In this document: positions 58,992-64,000 of the stretch, piece by piece
Position numbering within the stretch: the stretch's first letter is position 1
Layout: each line of letters opens with the position of its first letter
DNA from: the human T2T-CHM13v2.0 reference genome, Homo sapiens
Strand: one strand, 5' to 3'
DNA length: 64,000 nucleotides
NCBI RefSeq assembly: GCF_009914755.1
Contig: NC_060931.1
Notes under the pieces: model-generated
What the model saw: the letters and a program-made list of their open reading frames with translations, nothing else
Database searches by the model: none
Told to the model about the DNA's origin: nothing
Position numbers and translations under genes: made by a program

Positions 58992-59084
58992 CTAACACCA
59001 GGGAACAATAGCGTCCGCGGTGGTGGCCGTGGCCGCTGCCGCCGCCGCCGCCGCCTCTGGCGGGGATGCTGCTGCCGCTGCCAT
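58992..59084 (-). other. Candidate upstream ORF, 30 aa: MAAAAASPPEAAAAAAAATATTADAIVPWC*
   Basis: ATG at 59084 with G at -3 and G at +4; TAG at 58994-58992; 240 nt upstream of the THSD7A ATG and in the same frame. Translation is unproven. Confidence 0.5.
59037..59055. repeat. (GCC)n/(GGC)n trinucleotide repeat upstream of the THSD7A ATG (probable 5'UTR)
   Basis: About 6 pure gcc units. Confidence 0.9.
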
Positions 59085-62000
59085 TCCTCGCAGAATGGCA
59101 GGTCCCGGCGGCTCCGGAGGCAACTGTCCTCAGGGGGCCCCAGCTGACTGAGCAGGTCTGCTAGGTCTGGGAGGCAGCGCAGCCCCCGCCAGCTGGAGGG
59201 GGAGGAGGGGGGCGTGAGCCCAAAGGAGCAGAGGGGGCTGGAGGCAGAGGGAGGCGAGAGCGCGAGGGCGAGAAAGGGGGCGAGCAAAGGGGAGAGGGGC
59301 CAGCCAGGCGACACCCACCTCCGACATACCCGCCTAAAGAACTCCGGTGCACATGGTGCGATGAAATATGTTTGGAAGGATGCACCAATAAAAAGAATCA
59401 TCACCCGGCAGATTTCAGAATGACAAATAACAGGCATTGATATTCACTGTCATCCAAGGAGTCAAATGCTAGATCTAGTGGCATGCTATTCTTAGTACGT
59501 ATTTACACAAAGCATCAGTGTTTATTATCTATTTTTAAGCCATGGCTTCTGAATTACTTTGTGTGGGGAGCAGTATTTGAGATCAGGTGTGAAAACACGA
59601 GAGCAGAAATGTTGACTTGTCAAAATGCACTTAAACCCTTCTTTAAATGTTGTTTTTAACTTAATCTATTATCAATAAAAATATGAGCAATATTGATGCT
59701 CTGTGACAAATTAAATTGTCTTTTAATAGCCTTTAAAACTGAATTAGTGTTAATGAGTATTTGCAATGCTACCTAATTACATAAATACAATTGTACAAAA
59801 AAAAAACCCTTAAAATTAAAATTATATTTCAGGTATAGAGTTCTGTCCCTTCATCTACTTCTTTCCCTCAAAAATATGCTACTTCTAAGTATTCAGATAG
59901 TTGTGAGTCAAACTGAGTCAGTAATGCTGTCTGGATATCTTGGAATTAGTAAATTCTTCATTTAAAATTTCCCTGACACCGATTTTTCTTAACTCTTACT
60001 GTAGCAAAATGCCTGTCGCAATCTAAATAAGGAACCACATGTGTTTGCATCTTTTGTCCTTTGTGTTTTCACTTTCTTCTACCAGTAGTAATAGAAGAAT
60101 GTGTGTGAAGTCAGATAATGCTTTCCCCTTTCTCCTTCTCCCTTTAGCTAATAATAATATATTTTATTATTAATTCATTTCACAGTAAAGCTAAAATAGT
60201 AGGCATTTAACCATTAAAAATTCAGCAAACGGAAAGCCAAAGAAAACTACTATCCCATCAGCAATTTTCAGCCAAATAAAATAAAATTTTAAAAGCAGGA
60301 AAACTACTTTTTATGAATTTACTCCAACATAGCTACCCTAGAGTTTAAGATGAGGAAGCTACTCTTTCTGAAAGAGGAAACCTTCCATAAGGCTCCCTTG
60401 GGACCCTTGTCATTTTGCAAAGCCTTCCAGACACAGCCCCTCTGCATGCATTAGATTAAAAGCGGGTTTGATCAAATAATTCCCAGGTCCTGCCTGTTTA
60501 AGTATTCTGACATCAGAGGAAATTAGCTACGTTGAAGGTTGCAAATTTGGTCTTTGTTTACTTTCCGCTCTGTTAGGCCTCTAAGAAGGAATTAAAAGCT
60601 CAGAGAGCCCGAGCGCTGTGAGTCTGTGATTAGGAGAGATAAGCTAGTGTGGCTTACTATTTCTTCACTCGTGAAAAACAGGCAACAATCAAAAGATTAT
60701 AGGTTGATAAGGAATAAAAAGGAAGCCTGATCTTAACTAATGTATGGTTCCCTGAAGGATCACTTCTTTTGACAGTTACACCACAGAAGGAAATGGGACC
60801 TGCTATTGCTTCCTGGGTTCTGTCGTTTCAGGAAAATTTCCATGTCCACTCCACAAGGAATCATTTTCCCATCCTTTCTGCTTGTATTTCTCAGCTACTG
60901 TTAGTGCCCTAAACCTTGAAATCCTCTAACTCTGGCACAGGAAGTATTTCAAACTGGACATACTCTGCTAACAGCAGCCATTCTACGCATTCGTGGGAAG
61001 CGCCAATCAATTCACCAAGTGGGAATTCATTATATAACAGAGGACAGAGAGTCTGAGGAATTAAGTTAATGTGCAAGGTCATTTACCTAGCCCTTCAAAA
61101 AGCCATCCGACACTATACTTAATAGCTTATTGTCAAAAGAAATTTTAAGATTCTGACCTTTATATTTACCCATGGTGGTATAATAATAACTCAACTTGTC
61201 AAGAGTGTAAACATCATAGCTACAAATTCAAGCATTATACGGGGTCAATTTCTAGGTTCCAATTTGCTGCCATTTACAATACACAATTATGGTGATATGT
61301 TCTGCAGTACTGTTTCAAAATAGCCAACATTTGGTTTCCTTCTTTCAATTTCAACGTACACAAGGCCTAGGAGTCACACACACACATGCACATACACAAA
61401 CACACACAATCATCAGCAAAGATATCTCTGAACAAGGTTAGAGAATCCAAGTCATATAAACATTTGTCTCCACACCTGCCACACATTTGTTCATAACAAT
61501 GTCATTATTGCACTTGAGGACAAAAATGTATGGGTCTCTGAGGAGACAAAAGTGATGTATATATCCTGATATGTGTTCCTTTGTGAAAGGTATAGTGTCT
61601 AGGTAGATAAATCCTATCAATAAAACTGATAGATGGCAAGAGATAGCAAGACATAGCAATATTTGTTTCCTAGAATATGACATAAATAATAATACACAAA
61701 TGTTTAATGACATGATGTCAAAATTTAGTCATGAGAAGTCTCAAGGATGCAGATTAAATTGACCATCTGTACAGCCTGCCATGAAGTAAATCGTTCGTCA
61801 TTTTTCATGGAGAACTGTTCAAATATTAATGAGCCAGTGCGATAAAAGTTCTCCAAACCAATGAATGACAAATGCAAAGCATATTTTTTTAATATTTAGA
61901 AATGAAAAAATTCTAAACTTATCACCTCTCATGTGATAGGTGTCTTTATTCTGCCTCTATTAATTTTGCTATCATTTCTAAACTCCAGAGGTAAGGATGT

Positions 62001-62442
62001 GAACATACCTATACACATCTGTTTTCTCTTTTATTAGAACATAAACATATAAATATATATTACAACTCATGAGACTCATGACAATGACTTTTAGTCATTA
62101 GTATCAATATTTTAAAACAATTATGAAATATTCAGTTCCTTGATGGAAAGGGAAACAACTTTTAACATCAACAGTTTTATAATTATAAAAAAGTGAAGAA
62201 ATATAGTTATTTATTGATAGTATTACATATGGAAATATCTAAAGATGTCCATTTTGAAATAAAAACTTAAAAATAATTCTCCACATAAATGCATTTTGCA
62301 TCCTAAAAAATAAAAAATACCCAAAGGAATTCTATTTGTGCAACCTCTAGGTGTCACACTTGACCAAGATTTGGATGAGACAAAATTTATTTTGGGCTTC
62401 TTTCTATCCTCCCCTTCCCTTGACACCCACCCACCAAGTTTA

Positions 62443-64000
62443 TAGGTACACCTCATTTTACTGTGCTTTACACATATTTTTGTTTGTTTGTTTGTTTAAC
62501 AAATTTAAGGCTTGTGACAACTTGGCATTGAGCAAGTCTATCAACATAATTTTTCCCACATGAAGTGCTCACTTCATGTCTCTATCACATTTTGGTAATT
62601 TTCATAATTTTTCAAATGTTGTCACTATTATTCTATCTGTTATGGTGATCTGTGATCTGTGATCTTTGATGTTACTGTTGTAATTATTTTGGGGCACCAC
62701 ATACTGTGCCCATATAAAATAGCAAACTAAATTAATGAATGTTGTTGTGTATTCTGACTTCTCCACCAACAGGCTGTTTCCCTATCTCTCTCTCGTTGGG
62801 CCTCCCTTTTCCCTGAGACATATGAATATTGAAATTAGGCTAATTAATAACCCTACAATGGCTTTTAAGCGTTCAAGTGAAAAGAAGAATTACAAGTCTC
62901 TCATTTTCAATCAAAAGCCTAAAATTATTAAGCTTATTAGGGAAGGCATATCAAAAGCCAAGATAGGCCAAAAGCTAGGCCTCTTGCACCAGTTAGCCAA
63001 GTTGTGAATGCAAAGGAAAGTTCTTGAAGAAAATTAAAAGTACTACTTTAGCAAATACACATATGAAAGGAAGCAAAACAGCCTTATTGCTGATATGGAG
63101 AAAGCTTTAGTGATCTAGATAGAAGATCAAATCAGCCACAACATTCCTTTAAACCAAAGCCTAATCCAGAGAAAGGCCCCAATTCTATTTAAACCTGTAA
63201 AGACCAAATGACATGAGGAAGCTGCAGAAAAGTGTGAAGCTGGCAGAGACTGTTTCATAAGGTTTAAGGAAAGAAGCCATGTTCACAACAAAATTGCAAG
63301 GTGAAGCAGCTGTAGCAAGCTACTCAGAAGATGTAGCTAAGATCACTGATGAAAGTAGCCACATTAAACAATTTTCAACATAAACAGATGAAAGTACCTA
63401 CATTAAACAATCAATTTTCAACATAAATGAAAAAAGCCTTCTATTAGAGGAATATGCCATCTAAAATTTTAATAGCTAGAGAGGAGAAGTCAATGCTTGG
63501 CTTTAAAATTTCAAAGGACAGGTTGACTCTCTTGTTAGGGTCTAATTCAGCTGGTGATTTTAAGTTGAAGCCAATGCTTACTTACCATTCTGAAAATCCT
63601 AGGGCCCTCCAGAATGTACTAAATCTACTCTGCCTGTGCTCTATAAAGGTAACAATAAAGGTGAATAACTGCCCATCTCTTTAGAGCATGGTTTACTGAA
63701 TATTTTAAGCCCATTGTTGAGATCTACTGATCAGAAAATAAGATCTCTAATGGAGATATACAGGATATTAATATTTTCATACCTGATAATACAACATCAA
63801 CTCTGCAGCCCGTGGTTCAAGGAGTAATTTTGACTTTCAAGTCATTATTTAAGGAATATATTTTGTAAGGTTTAAGCTTCCTTACATTATAATTCGTCTA
63901 ATGGATCTGGGCAAACTCACTTGAAAACTTTCTAGAAAGGGTTCACCATTCTAGATACCTTTAAGAGCATTGATGTTTTATGGGAAGAAGTCAAAATACA
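62443..64000 (+). mobile_element. Tigger1 DNA transposon with a decayed transposase (runs off the window edge)
   Basis: Left end ta-taggtacacctcattttactgtgc; ATG at 62858 gives MAFKRSSEKKNYKSLIFNQKPKIIKL..., later [45 protein letters not shown]; many frameshifts and stops. Confidence 0.93.

Larger units (their letters stand above)
58640..59360 (-). promoter_or_regulatory. THSD7A: CpG island covering the THSD7A promoter, 5'UTR and exon 1
   Basis: Abrupt GC- and CpG-rich block in an otherwise AT-rich, CpG-poor window. G-rich Sp/KLF/EGR-like tracts at about 59195-59300; no obvious TATA box. The exact TSS cannot be read from sequence. Confidence 0.9.

Noticed and set aside
58532-59437. Overlapping ORFs in other frames and on the other strand across the CpG island
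   Set aside because: Expected from stop-codon scarcity in GC-rich repeats; only the MGLQ frame matches a known protein.
62858-64000. Possible TIGD1-like domesticated transposase gene
   Set aside because: Multiple frameshifts and stops, and a catalytic-region deletion.

Overview
Human (primate) genomic DNA, AT-rich and repeat-dense. The window holds the 5' end of THSD7A on the minus strand: a CpG-island promoter/5'UTR, coding exon 1 (58655-58844, signal peptide) and about 58.6 kb of intron 1 to its left, with about 5 kb of upstream DNA ending in a decayed Tigger1. Intron 1 contains many Alu, L1, L2, MIR, MaLR and DNA-transposon remnants. It also contains three very young insertions within 9 kb (AluYa5, a 5'-truncated AluYb8, a roughly 54-bp L1HS-type remnant) and a THRAP3 processed pseudogene that appears 5'-inverted and nested in the tail of an older L1. 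Nearly all ORF-track entries are noise from repeats or AT-rich DNA. I see no wholly new multi-gene system. The most interesting observation is a strong-Kozak, GCG-repeat, alanine-rich upstream ORF that is in frame with THSD7A and separated from it by a single TAG. Repeat subfamily names come from recalled consensus sequences, and boundaries of old repeats are approximate.
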